From: Marichromatium bheemlicum
Lineage (GTDB): Bacteria > Pseudomonadota > Gammaproteobacteria > Chromatiales > Chromatiaceae
Direction: 5' to 3'
NCBI RefSeq assembly: GCF_012276755.1
Contig: NZ_JAAXKX010000007.1
Location: forward strand, 70,317 to 102,316
Length of the DNA stretch: 32,000 nucleotides
Below the pieces are notes generated by a model. The model saw nothing but the letters and a program-made list of their open reading frames with translations, was not told the DNA's origin and searched no databases. Shown here piece after piece: positions 18,167 to 29,975 of this stretch (the first letter of the stretch is position 1; the number at the start of each line of letters is the position of its first letter). Both the position numbers and the translations under genes were made by a program.

Positions 18167-18883
18167 ATGCGACCATCCCAACGCCGTCCCGATCAGCTGC
18201 GCCCACTGCGTTTCACCCGTGGCTTCACCAAGCACGCCGAGGGGTCGGTGTTGGTGGAGTGTGGCGAGACCCGCGTGCTCTGCACCGCCAGCGTCGAGGC
18301 CCGGGTACCGCCCTTCCTGCGTGGTCAGGGCAAGGGCTGGGTGACCGCCGAGTACGGCATGCTGCCGCGCGCCACCGGCGAGCGCAGTCCCCGCGAGGCG
18401 GCGCGCGGCAAGCAGGGCGGGCGTACCCTCGAGATCCAGCGTCTGATCGGGCGCGCGCTGCGCGCGGCGATCGATCTCGACGCCCTCGGCGAGCGCACCA
18501 TCACCCTCGACTGCGACGTCCTCCAGGCCGACGGCGGTACCCGCACCGCGGCGATCTCCGGCGCCTGGGTGGCGCTGCGCGAGGCCGTCGACGGTCTGCT
18601 CGCCAGTGGCGCGCTCGGCGCCGATCCGTTGCACACCCAGGTCGCGGCGGTCTCGGTCGGGGTGTTCGAGGGCCAGCCGGTGCTCGACCTCGACTATGCC
18701 GAGGACAGCAAGGCCGAGACCGACATGAATCTGGTGATGGACGCCGACGGGCGCTTCATCGAGATCCAGGGCACCGCCGAGGGCGTGCCCTTCGCCCGCA
18801 GCGAACTCGACGCCTTGCTGGCGCTGGGCGAGGCCGGTATCCGTGAGATCCAGGCCGCGCAGCGCGCGGTGCTGGCCGACTGA
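18167..18883 (+). CDS. rph: Ribonuclease PH
   Basis: [39 protein letters not shown]...[19 protein letters not shown]. The product is 238 aa, the size I recall for E. coli RNase PH. Confidence 0.95.
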   Translation: MRPSQRRPDQLRPLRFTRGFTKHAEGSVLVECGETRVLCTASVEARVPPFLRGQGKGWVTAEYGMLPRATGERSPREAARGKQGGRTLEIQRLIGRALRAAIDLDALGERTITLDCDVLQADGGTRTAAISGAWVALREAVDGLLASGALGADPLHTQVAAVSVGVFEGQPVLDLDYAEDSKAETDMNLVMDADGRFIEIQGTAEGVPFARSELDALLALGEAGIREIQAAQRAVLAD

Positions 18884-18905
18884 TCACCGCTCAATCCACC
18901 TGCCG

Positions 18906-19535
18906 ATGGACCCTGCCATGAACCCAAACGCACCCGAGACCCGGATCGTGCTGGCGAGCAACAATGCCGGTAAGGTCCGCGAGATCAACCAGTTGCTCGC
19001 CGCCAGCGGGCTGCAGGTCGAGCCGCAGCGCGACCACGCCATCCCCGAGGTCGAGGAGACCGGGCTGACCTTTGTCGAGAACGCCATCCTCAAGGCGCGC
19101 AACGCCGCGCGCCACAGTGGGCTGCCGGCAATCGCCGACGACTCCGGGATCGAGGTCGATGCCCTCCAGGGCGCGCCCGGGATCCGCTCGGCGCGCTATG
19201 CCGGTGAGGACGCGAGCGATGCCGAGAACCTTGCTCAACTGCTGCGTGCGCTCGCCGGGGTCGCCCCCGAGGCGCGCGGCGCGCGCTTCCAGTGCGTGCT
19301 GGTCTATCTGCGTCATGCCGAGGATCCGACCCCGGTGATCTGTCAGGGCACCTGGGAGGGCCGGGTGCTGGAGACCCCGCGCGGCACCAACGGCTTCGGC
19401 TACGACCCGGTGTTCTTCGTCCCCGAGACCGGCTGCAGTGCCGCCGAGCTCGACGCCGAGACCAAGAACCGGCTCAGTCATCGCGGCCAGGCGCTGCGCT
19501 TGCTGCAGGCGCGGCTGGCGCCGCCGCGCGCCTGA
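18906..19535 (+). CDS. rdgB: Non-canonical purine NTP (dITP/XTP) pyrophosphatase RdgB
   Basis: [37 protein letters not shown] and [10 protein letters not shown] motifs. The start is either ATG 18906 or ATG 18918. Confidence 0.9.
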   Translation: MDPAMNPNAPETRIVLASNNAGKVREINQLLAASGLQVEPQRDHAIPEVEETGLTFVENAILKARNAARHSGLPAIADDSGIEVDALQGAPGIRSARYAGEDASDAENLAQLLRALAGVAPEARGARFQCVLVYLRHAEDPTPVICQGTWEGRVLETPRGTNGFGYDPVFFVPETGCSAAELDAETKNRLSHRGQALRLLQARLAPPRA

Positions 19536-19560
19536 GCCTCCAACCGATACGCGATCGATC

Positions 19561-20256
19561 ATGACCCAAGAGACCATCGACGCGCGGCTGCAGCAGGTGC
19601 AGTCGCGGATTCAGGCCGCCGCCGCGCGCGCCGGGCGCGACCCGGCGACAATCACACTGCTGGCGGTGAGCAAGAAGCAGCCGTTGGCGGCTATCGCCGC
19701 CGCCCATGGCGCCGGTCAGCGCGCCTTCGGCGAGAGCTATGTGCAGGAGGCGCTCGACAAGATCAGCGCACTCGAGGCCCCCGGCATCGAGTGGCACTTC
19801 ATCGGTCGGGTGCAGTCGAACAAGACGCGCCAGATCGCTGCTCACTTCGATTGGGTGCACGGGCTGTGCAGCCCGGATCACGCCCGTCGGCTCAACGACC
19901 AGCGCCCTGCGGGCGCTGCGCCGCTCAATGTCTGCCTCCAGGTCAACCTCGCCGGCGAGGCGAGCAAGGCCGGGCTCGTACCCGAGCAGGTCGCCGAGCT
20001 GCTGGCGCTGTGCCAGACCCTGCCGGCGCTGCGCGTGCGCGGGCTGATGACGCTGCCGCCGCCGGCCGAGGACGAGGCCGTGCAGCGCGCGCCCTTCCGC
20101 GCGCTGCGCCAGCTGCGCGACGCGTTGGCCACCCCGGCCACTCCACTGGAGTGTCTGTCAATGGGGATGTCGGGCGATCTCGAGGCGGCGATCCTCGAGG
20201 GCTCGACCCTGGTGCGGGTCGGTACCGCGGTGTTCGGCCCGCGTCCCTATAATTGA
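19561..20256 (+). CDS. yggS: YggS-family pyridoxal-phosphate homeostasis protein
   Basis: LLAVSKKQP (PLP lysine), HFIGRVQSNK and LSMGMSGDLEAAI motifs. ATG at 19561. Confidence 0.9.
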   Translation: MTQETIDARLQQVQSRIQAAAARAGRDPATITLLAVSKKQPLAAIAAAHGAGQRAFGESYVQEALDKISALEAPGIEWHFIGRVQSNKTRQIAAHFDWVHGLCSPDHARRLNDQRPAGAAPLNVCLQVNLAGEASKAGLVPEQVAELLALCQTLPALRVRGLMTLPPPAEDEAVQRAPFRALRQLRDALATPATPLECLSMGMSGDLEAAILEGSTLVRVGTAVFGPRPYN

Positions 20257-20317
20257 GCTTTGGCATGGCACCCGCGGGGTGTCTGCCGCATGGTTTCCAT
20301 TCGTTTCCGGGGTTGAC

Positions 20318-21148
20318 ATGACGACAGCCAGCATTGCCTTCATCGGTGGCGGCAACATGGCCACCAGCCTGATCGCCGGCCTGATCGCCGACGGCTACGA
20401 TGCCGCCGCGATCCGGGTCGCCGAGCCCGATGCCCAGCGTCGCGGTGAGCTGCAGACGCGCTTCGGGGTGCGTCCCTTTGCCGATAACCACGCCGCACTG
20501 GACGGGGTCGAGATCATTGCCCTGTGCGTCAAGCCGCAGATCGCCGCTGCGGTCTGTCGTGGCTTGGCCCCGGCGCTCGCCGGCCGCCGGGTGCTGGTGA
20601 TCTCGGTGATGGCCGGGGTGCGTGAGGGGACGCTGCAGCGTTGGCTCGGCGCGCCGCTACCGGTGGTACGGGCGATGCCCAACACCCCGGCGATGGTGCA
20701 GACTGGCGCGATCGGGTTGCACGCCAGTGCTGAGGTCGACGCCACCGGGCGCAACCATGCCGAGACCATCCTGCGCGCCGCCGGGCTGACCCGCTGGGTC
20801 GAGAGCGAGGCGCAGATCGATGCCGTTACCGCCGTCTCCGGTAGTGGTCCGGCCTACTTCCTGCGTTTCATGGAGGCGCTCGAGGAGGCCGGTGTCGCCC
20901 TCGGACTGGATGCCGAGACGGCGCGTCTGTTGACCGTGCAGACCGCGCTCGGCGCGGCCAAGATGGCGATGGAGAGTGAGGAGACCCCGGCGCGGCTGCG
21001 CGAGCGGGTGACCTCGCCCGGCGGTACCACGGCACGGGCGCTGGCGGTGTTCGACGGCGCTGACCTGCACGACCTGGTAGCGCGTGCCGCGCGTGCCGCG
21101 CGGGATCGTGCCGCCGAGATCTCGGCCGAACTCGAGGCGCAGTCATGA
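20318..21148 (+). CDS. proC: Pyrroline-5-carboxylate reductase
   Basis: IAFIGGGNMATSLIAGL Rossmann motif and C-terminal VTSPGGTTARAL. ATG at 20318. Confidence 0.92.
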   Translation: MTTASIAFIGGGNMATSLIAGLIADGYDAAAIRVAEPDAQRRGELQTRFGVRPFADNHAALDGVEIIALCVKPQIAAAVCRGLAPALAGRRVLVISVMAGVREGTLQRWLGAPLPVVRAMPNTPAMVQTGAIGLHASAEVDATGRNHAETILRAAGLTRWVESEAQIDAVTAVSGSGPAYFLRFMEALEEAGVALGLDAETARLLTVQTALGAAKMAMESEETPARLRERVTSPGGTTARALAVFDGADLHDLVARAARAARDRAAEISAELEAQS

Positions 21149-21720
21149 GTTCGTCCTATCTGCTCAATCCCGTCGTCTTCCTGATCCAGACCCTGTTCGG
21201 ACTCTATGCCGCGGTGGTGGCCATCCGTTTTCTGCTGCAGTGGGTGCGCGCCGACTTCTACAACCCGATCTCGCAGTTCGTGGTCAAGGTCACCACCCCG
21301 GTGCTGCGCCCGTTGCGCAAGCTGGTGCCCGGCTACGGCGGGCTCGATCTCGCCTCGCTGCTGCTGGTGTGGTTGCTGCTCGCCGTCGAGTCGTTGTTGC
21401 TGATGCTGTTGCTCGGGGTCGAGCGCTCGCCCTTCGCGGTGCTCGGCTGGGCCGTGCCCGGGGTGTTGGAGCTGTTCTTCGACATCTTCTTCTTCGCCGT
21501 GCTGGCGCGGGTGATCCTCAGTTGGGTCAACCCCGATCCCTTCAATCCGGCCGTGGCGCTACTCGTGCGCCTGACCGATCCGATCATGCGCCCAGCGCAG
21601 CGGTTGATTCGGCCGATCGGTGGCATCGATCTGTCGCCGATGCTGGTACTGATCGGGTTGGTGCTGCTGGAGATGTTGTTGGTGCCGCCGCTCAATTTCC
21701 TCGTCGGCAACCCCTTCTGA
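21145..21720 (+). CDS. yggT: YggT-family integral membrane protein
   Basis: Duplicated YGGT-type hydrophobic repeats (FYNPISQFVVKVTTPVLRPLRKLVP and NPAVALLVRLTDPIMRPAQRLIRP). ATGA overlap with proC. Confidence 0.85.
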   Translation: MSSSYLLNPVVFLIQTLFGLYAAVVAIRFLLQWVRADFYNPISQFVVKVTTPVLRPLRKLVPGYGGLDLASLLLVWLLLAVESLLLMLLLGVERSPFAVLGWAVPGVLELFFDIFFFAVLARVILSWVNPDPFNPAVALLVRLTDPIMRPAQRLIRPIGGIDLSPMLVLIGLVLLEMLLVPPLNFLVGNPF

Positions 21721-21727
21721 GGCGGCT

Positions 21728-22018
21728 ATGAGCTGGTACCGCTGGAACGGAGAGGATCTGGAGCTGTCGCTGCGGGTGCAGGTGCGTGCCCCGCGTGACG
21801 CCTTTGTCGGCCCCGATCCCGGTGGCGAGTACTACCGGGTGCGGATCAAGGCCCCGCCGGTCGATGGCAAGGGCAATCAGGCGCTGCGTCGGTTCGTCGC
21901 CGACGCCTTCGGGGTGGCACCCTCGCGGGTCACCCTGATCGGGGGCGAGCATGCTCGCTACAAGCGGCTGCGTATCGAGGCGCCGCCGCAGCTGCCGCTG
22001 CCCGTCGAGCGTCCCTGA
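21728..22018 (+). CDS. yggU: DUF167 (YggU) family protein
   Basis: 96-aa product with KAPPVDGKGNQALRRFVADAFGV, the typical DUF167 core. It sits immediately after yggT. Confidence 0.8.
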   Translation: MSWYRWNGEDLELSLRVQVRAPRDAFVGPDPGGEYYRVRIKAPPVDGKGNQALRRFVADAFGVAPSRVTLIGGEHARYKRLRIEAPPQLPLPVERP

Positions 22019-22062
22019 AGCCGCGAGTCTTTCGCTCAATGTGTTCAACAGGAGATTGCGTC

Positions 22063-22521
22063 ATGTTCAGACTTCGAGCCTTGCTGCTCCCGCTCGGCGT
22101 GGCACTGAGCCTCAGCGCCCCGGTCGGCGCCGAGACCACCACCAGTGCCGATGGCTACCACATCCACTACAACGCCATCCCCACCGCGACGCTCAATCCC
22201 GAGATCGCCAGCGAGTTCGACATCCTGCGCAGCAAGCGTCGCGGCATGCTCAACGTCGGCGTGCGCGGCCCGAGCGAACAGGGGATGGGTGCGCCGACAC
22301 GCGCGCGCATCGAGGTCGAGGCCCTGACCCCGCCCTCGACCGAGACCACGCGCGTGCCGATGCGCGAGATCACCATCCCCGAGCGCGGCACCGTGCACTA
22401 TGTCGGCGAGTTCCCGATCGAGGAGGAGCAGCTGATGGTGTTCCGTATCGCGGTGACCCCGGAGGGCAGCGATCAGACCACCGAGGTCGAGCTCGAACAG
22501 CAGTTCTTCACCGAGGATTGA
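22063..22521 (+). CDS. Secreted DUF4426-like protein
   Basis: Signal peptide MFRLRALLLPLGVALSLSAPVGA, GGAG SD at 22051-22054, and HYNAIPTATLNPEIASEFDILRSKRRGMLNV resembling DUF4426. The family assignment is from memory. Confidence 0.65.
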   Translation: MFRLRALLLPLGVALSLSAPVGAETTTSADGYHIHYNAIPTATLNPEIASEFDILRSKRRGMLNVGVRGPSEQGMGAPTRARIEVEALTPPSTETTRVPMREITIPERGTVHYVGEFPIEEEQLMVFRIAVTPEGSDQTTEVELEQQFFTED

Positions 22522-22536
22522 CCCCGCCGCGCGTGC

Positions 22537-23235
22537 TCAGCGCAGCACCACCAGCTGCCCGAGCGCGTGCACCCCGAAGCCCATCACTACGACCCCGGCG
22601 AGTCGGCGCACCCAGACGCGCTCGCCGAGCCGGGCCGCGGCGCCGGCGAGCAGCCCGAGCCCGACCAGGGTTGGCAGGGTGCCGGCGCCGAAGGCGAGCA
22701 TCACCAGTGCGCCGCGTCCGGCATCGGCGCTCGCCAGGGCATTGATCAACATGCTGTAGACCAGCCCGCAGGGCAGCCAGGCCCAGATCAACCCGATCAG
22801 CGCCGCGCGCGGCAGGGTGCGTATCGGCAACAGCGCGCGCCCGAGCGGCTCGAGCCGGCGCCACAGCACCAGTCCCAGCCGTTCGGCGGGGGCGAGCGCC
22901 CGCCACCAGCCGCCGAGATAGAGCCCGAGCAGGATCATCACCACCCCGGCGAGGCCATAGAGCGCGCGCTGCACCGCCAGCAGCGGACCGAGCTCGACCA
23001 GCAGTGCCCCTAGCGCGCCGACCAGCGCCCCGGCCAGGGCATAACCGGCGATGCGCGCGAGATTGTAGGCGAGCAGGAAGGGCAGCAGGCGCAGTGGTCG
23101 GGTGCGGGTCGTGGGATCGAGCCCGAGGGTGAGGGTGCCGGCCACGCCGCCGCACATCCCCAGGCAGTGCACGCCGCCGAGCAGGCCGACGAGGAAGGCG
23201 GTGGGATAGAGTCCCAGTGGGGCCTGTTCGAGCAT
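22537..23235 (-). CDS. DsbD_2 / TauE-SafE-like integral membrane protein
   Basis: Six-plus hydrophobic spans. The N-terminal [11 protein letters not shown] motif is characteristic of the DsbD_2 (UreH-like) membrane family. Confidence 0.75.
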   Translation of the reverse strand: MLEQAPLGLYPTAFLVGLLGGVHCLGMCGGVAGTLTLGLDPTTRTRPLRLLPFLLAYNLARIAGYALAGALVGALGALLVELGPLLAVQRALYGLAGVVMILLGLYLGGWWRALAPAERLGLVLWRRLEPLGRALLPIRTLPRAALIGLIWAWLPCGLVYSMLINALASADAGRGALVMLAFGAGTLPTLVGLGLLAGAAARLGERVWVRRLAGVVVMGFGVHALGQLVVLR

Positions 23236-23380
23236 TGATCTCCTCCCCGCAGGGCATCGCCCCTGCTCAAATGTGCCGCTGAGCGTTTATCCTATTGCTG
23301 TTGCGACACCACGTGTCGAGGCGCAATCGCCGCATCGACCGTTGATCCATCCACCCGACGTTTTCTTTCAGGACGCCCCC

Positions 23381-24025
23381 ATGATGCAAGACTACCAGCG
23401 TGACCTTCTGGACTTCGCGACCTCGATCGGTGCGCTCAGGTTTGGCGAGTTCACGCTGAAATCCGGCCGTCAGAGCCCCTATTTCTTCAATGCCGGTCTG
23501 TTCGACAGCGGGGTGCGTCTGGCGCGGTTGGGCAAGGCCTTTGCCCAGCGCATCGTCGATGCCGGGGTCGAGTTCGATGTGCTCTACGGCCCCGCCTACA
23601 AGGGCATTCCGCTGGCGGCGACCACCGCCATCGCGCTCGCCACCGAGCACGATCGTGACCAGCCCTATGCCTTCAACCGCAAGGAGGCCAAGGACCATGG
23701 TGAGGGCGGCACCATCGTCGGCAGTCCGCTACGTGGCCGAGTGCTGATCATCGACGATGTCATCACCGCCGGGACCTCGGTGCGCGAGTCGGTCGAGATC
23801 ATCCGCGCCGCCGGCGCCGAACCCGCAGGGGTGGTGATCGCGCTCGATCGCCAGGAGCGTGGGCGCGATGCCCGCTCGGCGGTGCAGGAGGTCGAGGAGA
23901 CCTATGCCATGCCGGTCTACAGTGTGGTCACCCTCGGCGACCTCATCGCCTTCCTCGGTGAACGTCCCGAGGCCACCGAGATGGCCGCCGCGGTACGTGA
24001 CTATCGCGCCCGTTACGGCGCCTGA
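23381..24025 (+). CDS. pyrE: Orotate phosphoribosyltransferase
   Basis: [30 protein letters not shown] and the PRPP motif [13 protein letters not shown]. The product is 214 aa. Confidence 0.95.
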   Translation: MMQDYQRDLLDFATSIGALRFGEFTLKSGRQSPYFFNAGLFDSGVRLARLGKAFAQRIVDAGVEFDVLYGPAYKGIPLAATTAIALATEHDRDQPYAFNRKEAKDHGEGGTIVGSPLRGRVLIIDDVITAGTSVRESVEIIRAAGAEPAGVVIALDRQERGRDARSAVQEVEETYAMPVYSVVTLGDLIAFLGERPEATEMAAAVRDYRARYGA

Positions 24026-24051
24026 TCATTTCCCATTCCGGGTGCCATGGA

Positions 24052-24079
24052 GGGCGGGGCAGTATGCGCTGCCCGGCCC
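24052..24079 (+). terminator. Possible intrinsic terminator after pyrE (GC-rich hairpin, weak U-tract)
   Basis: gggcggggcag / ctgcccggccc form an 11-bp stem with one mismatch and the loop tatgcg. The following sequence is ggtggttctat. The U-tract is poor. Confidence 0.3.
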
Positions 24080-24160
24080 GGTGGTTCTATCCGTGCCCGA
24101 GGATTGACGTGACCTGTGAGGGCGCGCCGGGCCGCCACCAGATCGTCCGGAGGCCCAACG

Positions 24161-25093
24161 ATGTCGAAGCGATTCTCGCCCCTTCGTCACCTCTACTGGC
24201 TGTCTGTGCCGTTGCTGCTGGGGTGTTGCTACGCCCAGGCTGGCGACGGCCGTCTCTATCGTTGGGTCGATGAGGCGGGCAATGTCCACTATGGCGATTT
24301 CCTGCCCGCCGACTCGGTCGAACAGGGACATGCCGAACTCGACGCTCGCGGCGTCGAGCGCGAGCGGGTGCCGCCGGTCCCGAGCGAGCAGGAGCGCGCT
24401 GCGGCGCGGTCGCAGGCGCAGGCGCGCGCGCGCGATCAGCGCATCCTGGCCACTTACCGCAGCGTTGAGGACGTGCGCATGGCCAGGGACGGGCGGCTGA
24501 CCGGGATCGACGCCCGTATCCAGGTCTTGCGCGATGGTATCCGTCACCAACGCGACCGGCTCGAGGGGCTCGCTGACCGACTCGCCGGGCAGGATCGGGA
24601 CCAACTTGATGTCGCTCGGGCGCTGGAGGCGGAGGTGATCGAGGTCGAGGGGCAGATCCTCGACGACTATCGTCGGATCGTCGGGCTCGAACACGACAAG
24701 GACGCCGTGCGTCGTCAGTTCGCCGCCGTGGAGGCGCGGTTGCGTGAGCTGCGGGGGTTGGGTGAGATCCCGGACCAAGCGCCGTCGGCGCCGCCGCACC
24801 GCGTCACCTGCCGCGATCTGGTCGGCTGTGGCCGCGATTGGGAGCGTGCGCGTGCCTATCTGCAGGCGCGTTTCGGCACGCCCGAGCTGCATCAGAGCAT
24901 CGATCTGCTGATGGCCCGGGCACGCGACGAGCGTGAGGTGCGGGTGCTCACCCTGGCGCGGTTGAGTGGGCTCGAGGAGGGCACGGTGCTCTATCTCGAC
25001 TTGCAGTGCAAGAACCGTCTGACCGGTGCCGATACCTGCATCGACACCGCCGCCAAGGCGGCGGTGCGCGGCTTCCGCGCTGCGCTGCGCTGA
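24161..25093 (+). CDS. DUF4124 domain-containing secreted protein with coiled-coil region
   Basis: Signal-like LYWLSVPLLLGCCYAQA followed by the DUF4124 signature LYRWVDEAGNVHYGD. The middle is rich in Arg/Glu/Gln heptad-like sequence. Confidence 0.75.
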   Translation: MSKRFSPLRHLYWLSVPLLLGCCYAQAGDGRLYRWVDEAGNVHYGDFLPADSVEQGHAELDARGVERERVPPVPSEQERAAARSQAQARARDQRILATYRSVEDVRMARDGRLTGIDARIQVLRDGIRHQRDRLEGLADRLAGQDRDQLDVARALEAEVIEVEGQILDDYRRIVGLEHDKDAVRRQFAAVEARLRELRGLGEIPDQAPSAPPHRVTCRDLVGCGRDWERARAYLQARFGTPELHQSIDLLMARARDEREVRVLTLARLSGLEEGTVLYLDLQCKNRLTGADTCIDTAAKAAVRGFRAALR

Positions 25094-25096
25094 GCC

Positions 25097-26631
<1,535 letters not shown>

Positions 26632-26648
<17 letters not shown>

Positions 26649-27843
26649 GGTGTTCGAGATAGCGTTCGGCGATAAGCTCGGCCAACGCCCGCGCGAGTCG
26701 GGGTTTGGCCATCATGGGCAGGTCGCGCTGGCCATCGGGCCAGAGCACGGTAAGCGCGTTCTCCTCGCGCTCGAAGCCGCCACGCGGACCGCCGACACGA
26801 TTAGCGGCGATCATGTCCAGGCCCTTGTCGACGAGCTTGCCACGGGCATAGTGCTCGACGCGCTCGGTCTCGGCGGCGAAACCGACGGTGAAGGGGGCGG
26901 GGCGGCGTGCGGCGACCTCGGCGAGGATGTCGGGATTGCGTTCGAGACGGATCTCGAGCGCGGCCCGTTCCTTCTTGATCTTGGTCTCGGCCGGATCGAC
27001 CGGGCGATAGTCGGCGACCGCGGCGGTGCCGACGAACAGCTCACAGGCGTCGGCACGGGCGAGCACCTCGGCGTGCATCTGCAGCGCGGTCTCGACCTGT
27101 ACCACCTGCTCGAGCGGTGGTGGTGTCAGCGCGGTGGGGCCGCTGACCAGGGTCACCCGGGCGCCGAGCGCGGTGAGCGCCTCGGCCAGCGCATAACCCA
27201 TGCGCCCGGAGCTGCGGTTGCCGAGATAGCGCACCGGGTCGAGCGGCTCGCGGGTGGGGCCGGCGGTGAGCAGTACCCGGACCCCGTCGAGCGGTCGTGC
27301 CGGGTGCAGCGCGGCGGCAATCTCGGCCGGTTCGAGCATCCGCCCCGGGCCCTCGTCGCCGCACGCCTGGACGCCGACGCCGGGGCCGATCACCTGGACG
27401 CCGCGCGCGCGCAACCGCGCCAGGTTGTCCTGGGTGGCCGGGTGGCGCCACATCTGTTGGTTCATCGCCGGGGCGAGCGCCAGCGGTGCCGGGCTGGCCA
27501 GCACCAGGGTTGTGAGCAGGTCGTCGGCGATGCCGGCGGCCAGTCGCGCCATCAGGTCGGCGGTGGCCGGTGCGATGAGGATCTGGTCGGCCCAGCGGGC
27601 GAGTTCGATGTGGCCCATCCCGGCCTCGGCGCCCGAGTCGAGCATCTCGACCCGGGCCGGGCGCCCGGAGACGGCTTGGAAGGTCAGCGGACCGACGAAG
27701 GCGGTGGCCGCCCGGGTCATCACCACCTGTACCTCGCAGCCCTGCTCGCTGAGGCGACGGACCAGCTCGACCGACTTGTAGGCGGCAATACCGCCCCCGA
27801 CCCCGAGCAGGATGCGGGATCCCGCGCTTGGTTGAGTCGACAA
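26632..27843 (-). CDS. coaBC: Bifunctional phosphopantothenoylcysteine decarboxylase / phosphopantothenate-cysteine ligase
   Basis: [13 protein letters not shown] flavoprotein motif and C-terminal CoaB domain ([22 protein letters not shown]). The apparent start is TTG at 27843, with AAGGA 7 nt upstream. There is no in-frame ATG or GTG nearby. It overlaps the dut start by 17 nt. Confidence 0.92.
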
Positions 27844-27942
27844 ATCGTGTATCCTTGGTGTTCGAATCCGACCAGTTTAACGCAGATCGCCGGGTGCCAT
27901 CGCGGGCCATGGGCCAGCGGCACCCGGCGGGAGACGGCGCCG

Positions 27943-28617
27943 ATGCCGATCCGCGACTGGCCGCGCGCCGAGCGCCCGCGCGAGAAGCTGCTGGCGCACG
28001 GCGCGCAGGCGCTCACCGACGCCGAGCTGTTGGCGATCTTCCTGCGCACCGGGGTGACCGGCAAGAGCGCGGTCGATCTGGCACGCGAGCTGCTCGCCGA
28101 CTACGGCGGGCTGCCCGGCCTGCTCGCCGCCGATCAGCGTCGCTTCTGCGCCGGCAAGGGGCTGGGTGCGGCCAAGTACGCGCAGCTCCAGGCGGTGCTC
28201 GAACTCAGCCGCCGCTATCTGTTCAGCCGCATCGGCGGCGAGGACGCACTCAGCGACGTGCAGTGCACCCGTGACTATCTCAAGCTGCGTCTCTACGGCT
28301 CGCCGCACGAGATCTTCGCCTGTCTCTTCCTCGACACCCGCAACCGGGTGATCCGCTACGAGGAGCTGTTCCGCGGCACCGTCGACGGCGCCAGCGTGCA
28401 CCCGCGCGAGGTGGTGCGGCGGGTGCTCGAGACCAACGCCGCGGCGGTGATCTTCGCCCACAACCACCCCTCCGGGGTCGCCGAGCCGAGCCAGGCCGAT
28501 CTACGCATCACCGAGCGGTTGCGCGCCGCCCTGGCGCTGATCGACGTGCGCGTGCTCGACCACTTCGTCATCGGCGCCGGCGAGGGCGTCTCCTTCGCCG
28601 AGCGCGGTCTGCTCTGA
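27943..28617 (+). CDS. radC: RadC-family JAMM protein
   Basis: [29 protein letters not shown] motif [15 protein letters not shown], and the C-terminal FAERGLL. Only the last 224 codons of the 663-aa track ORF are credited. Confidence 0.9.
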   Translation: MPIRDWPRAERPREKLLAHGAQALTDAELLAIFLRTGVTGKSAVDLARELLADYGGLPGLLAADQRRFCAGKGLGAAKYAQLQAVLELSRRYLFSRIGGEDALSDVQCTRDYLKLRLYGSPHEIFACLFLDTRNRVIRYEELFRGTVDGASVHPREVVRRVLETNAAAVIFAHNHPSGVAEPSQADLRITERLRAALALIDVRVLDHFVIGAGEGVSFAERGLL

Positions 28618-29400
28618 GTCCGGTCGCGGCCGGTCGCTCGGCCAGCCCGGTTCGGGCAGCTCGCCCTCGGTCATGATCGGGCGCATGGCGTGGAGCATGT
28701 TGGCGAACAGCCCCTGGTGCTCGCGCTCCTCGCGTGCCAACAGGGTCTTCATGTAGGCGCGCTGCGAGGGCATGGTGAAACAGGCCGGGCAACTATCGGG
28801 CACCACCGGCAGCCCGGCGTGGGCGGCGAAGTCGGCGGTCTGGCGTTCGCGACAGTAGGCCAGCGGGCGGATCACCCGCAGGTCGCCCTCCTGGTTGCGA
28901 TAGTGCGCCTTCATGGTGCGCAGTTGGCCGCCGTGGAATAGCGACATCATCAGGCTCTCGGCGAGGTCGTCGAGGTGCTGGCCGAGGGCGAGCACGTTGT
29001 AGCCGTGCTCGCGACAGAGGCGGTACATGATGCCGCGCTTCATCCGCGAGCAGTAGGCGCAGAAGGAGTCGCCATCCATGTGCGTCTTGGCCTGCTCCAT
29101 CAGCGGCTGTTGCTCGTAGTGCCAGGGCACGCCGAGGCGGGTGTAGTAGTCCTTGAGCGGCTGCGGGTCGAAGCCCGGCACCTCGGGGTCGACGGTGAGC
29201 GCGGCGAGCTCGAAGCGCACCGGGGCATAGGTGCGCAGATGGGCGAGGACGTGGAGCAGCGACAGCGAGTCCTTGCCGCCGGAGACGCCGAGCAGGATGC
29301 GGTCGCCGTCGCCGATCATACGGAAGTCGGCGATGGCGCGGCCGACCTGACGCAGCAGGGACTTCGGGGGTTTGACGAGGTGCGCGGTGGTTGAACTCAT
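28501..29400 (-). CDS. ttcA: TtcA-family PP-loop ATPase (tRNA 2-thiocytidine synthetase-like)
   Basis: PP-loop GVSGGKDS, Cys motifs [10 protein letters not shown] and DSCPAC, and [12 protein letters not shown]. The last roughly 40 codons are non-conserved-looking and run antisense into radC. Confidence 0.78.
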   Translation of the reverse strand: MSSTTAHLVKPPKSLLRQVGRAIADFRMIGDGDRILLGVSGGKDSLSLLHVLAHLRTYAPVRFELAALTVDPEVPGFDPQPLKDYYTRLGVPWHYEQQPLMEQAKTHMDGDSFCAYCSRMKRGIMYRLCREHGYNVLALGQHLDDLAESLMMSLFHGGQLRTMKAHYRNQEGDLRVIRPLAYCRERQTADFAAHAGLPVVPDSCPACFTMPSQRAYMKTLLAREEREHQGLFANMLHAMRPIMTEGELPEPGWPSDRPRPDSEQTALGEGDALAGADDEVVEHAHVDQRQGGAQPLGDA

Positions 29401-29411
29401 GAATGGTGTCG

Positions 29412-29975
29412 TCAGGCGATGCGCGCGCGTGGCGCGTGCGAATGGGTGAATCTGTGCACCTCGACCGTCCAGGCCGAGGCGCGTGCCTCGAGGATCAGGC
29501 AGGAGGGGCCGCCGTGGGTCCGGGTACGTCCCGCGGCCCCGGGATTGAGCACCCAGGGCGCGGCGTCGGTGTCAACGACCAGCCGGTGGCTGTGACCGTA
29601 CACCAGGACCCGGGCCTCGGGAAAGCGCCGGCGCAGCCAGCCGTGGCGATCGCGGGCCGGGGTCTGGTGACCGTGGATCACCACCAGGGTGCCGCCGGGC
29701 AGGGGGTAGGCGCGCCACTCCGGCAGGTGCTGGAGCAGCTCGCGGTCGGCGCTCGGCCACTGGCGGGGCGAGTCGTTGTTGCCGTAGACGGCGAGCACCC
29801 GTCCCTGACGGGGTTGTAGGCGCGCGAGTATGGCGGCGTTACCGATGTCGCCGGCGTGCACCGCGAGGTCGCAGTCGACGATCAGCTGCTCAATGCGTCC
29901 ATCGAGACTGCCGTGGGTATCGGCGAGCAGGGCCACGCGCAGCGCGGGTTCGGGTTGTGGGGCGGGGGTTGGCAT
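29412..29975 (-). CDS. YfcE/MJ0936-type metallophosphoesterase
   Basis: Motifs LLADTHG, VHAGD, YGNND, IHGH and GHSH. The ATG at 29975 is preferred. The ORF extension to 30215 is Arg/Pro-rich and rejected. A GTG at 29936 is an alternative start. Confidence 0.8.
   Translation of the reverse strand: MPTPAPQPEPALRVALLADTHGSLDGRIEQLIVDCDLAVHAGDIGNAAILARLQPRQGRVLAVYGNNDSPRQWPSADRELLQHLPEWRAYPLPGGTLVVIHGHQTPARDRHGWLRRRFPEARVLVYGHSHRLVVDTDAAPWVLNPGAAGRTRTHGGPSCLILEARASAWTVEVHRFTHSHAPRARIA

Noticed and set aside
27857-27870. tRNA T-loop-like string GGTGTTCGAATCCG in the coaBC-radC spacer, a possible tRNA or att-site remnant.
   Set aside because: The flanking bases cannot form a T-stem (TGGTG versus CCGAC). 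No acceptor, anticodon or D arm can be drawn, and there is no CCA-proximal structure.
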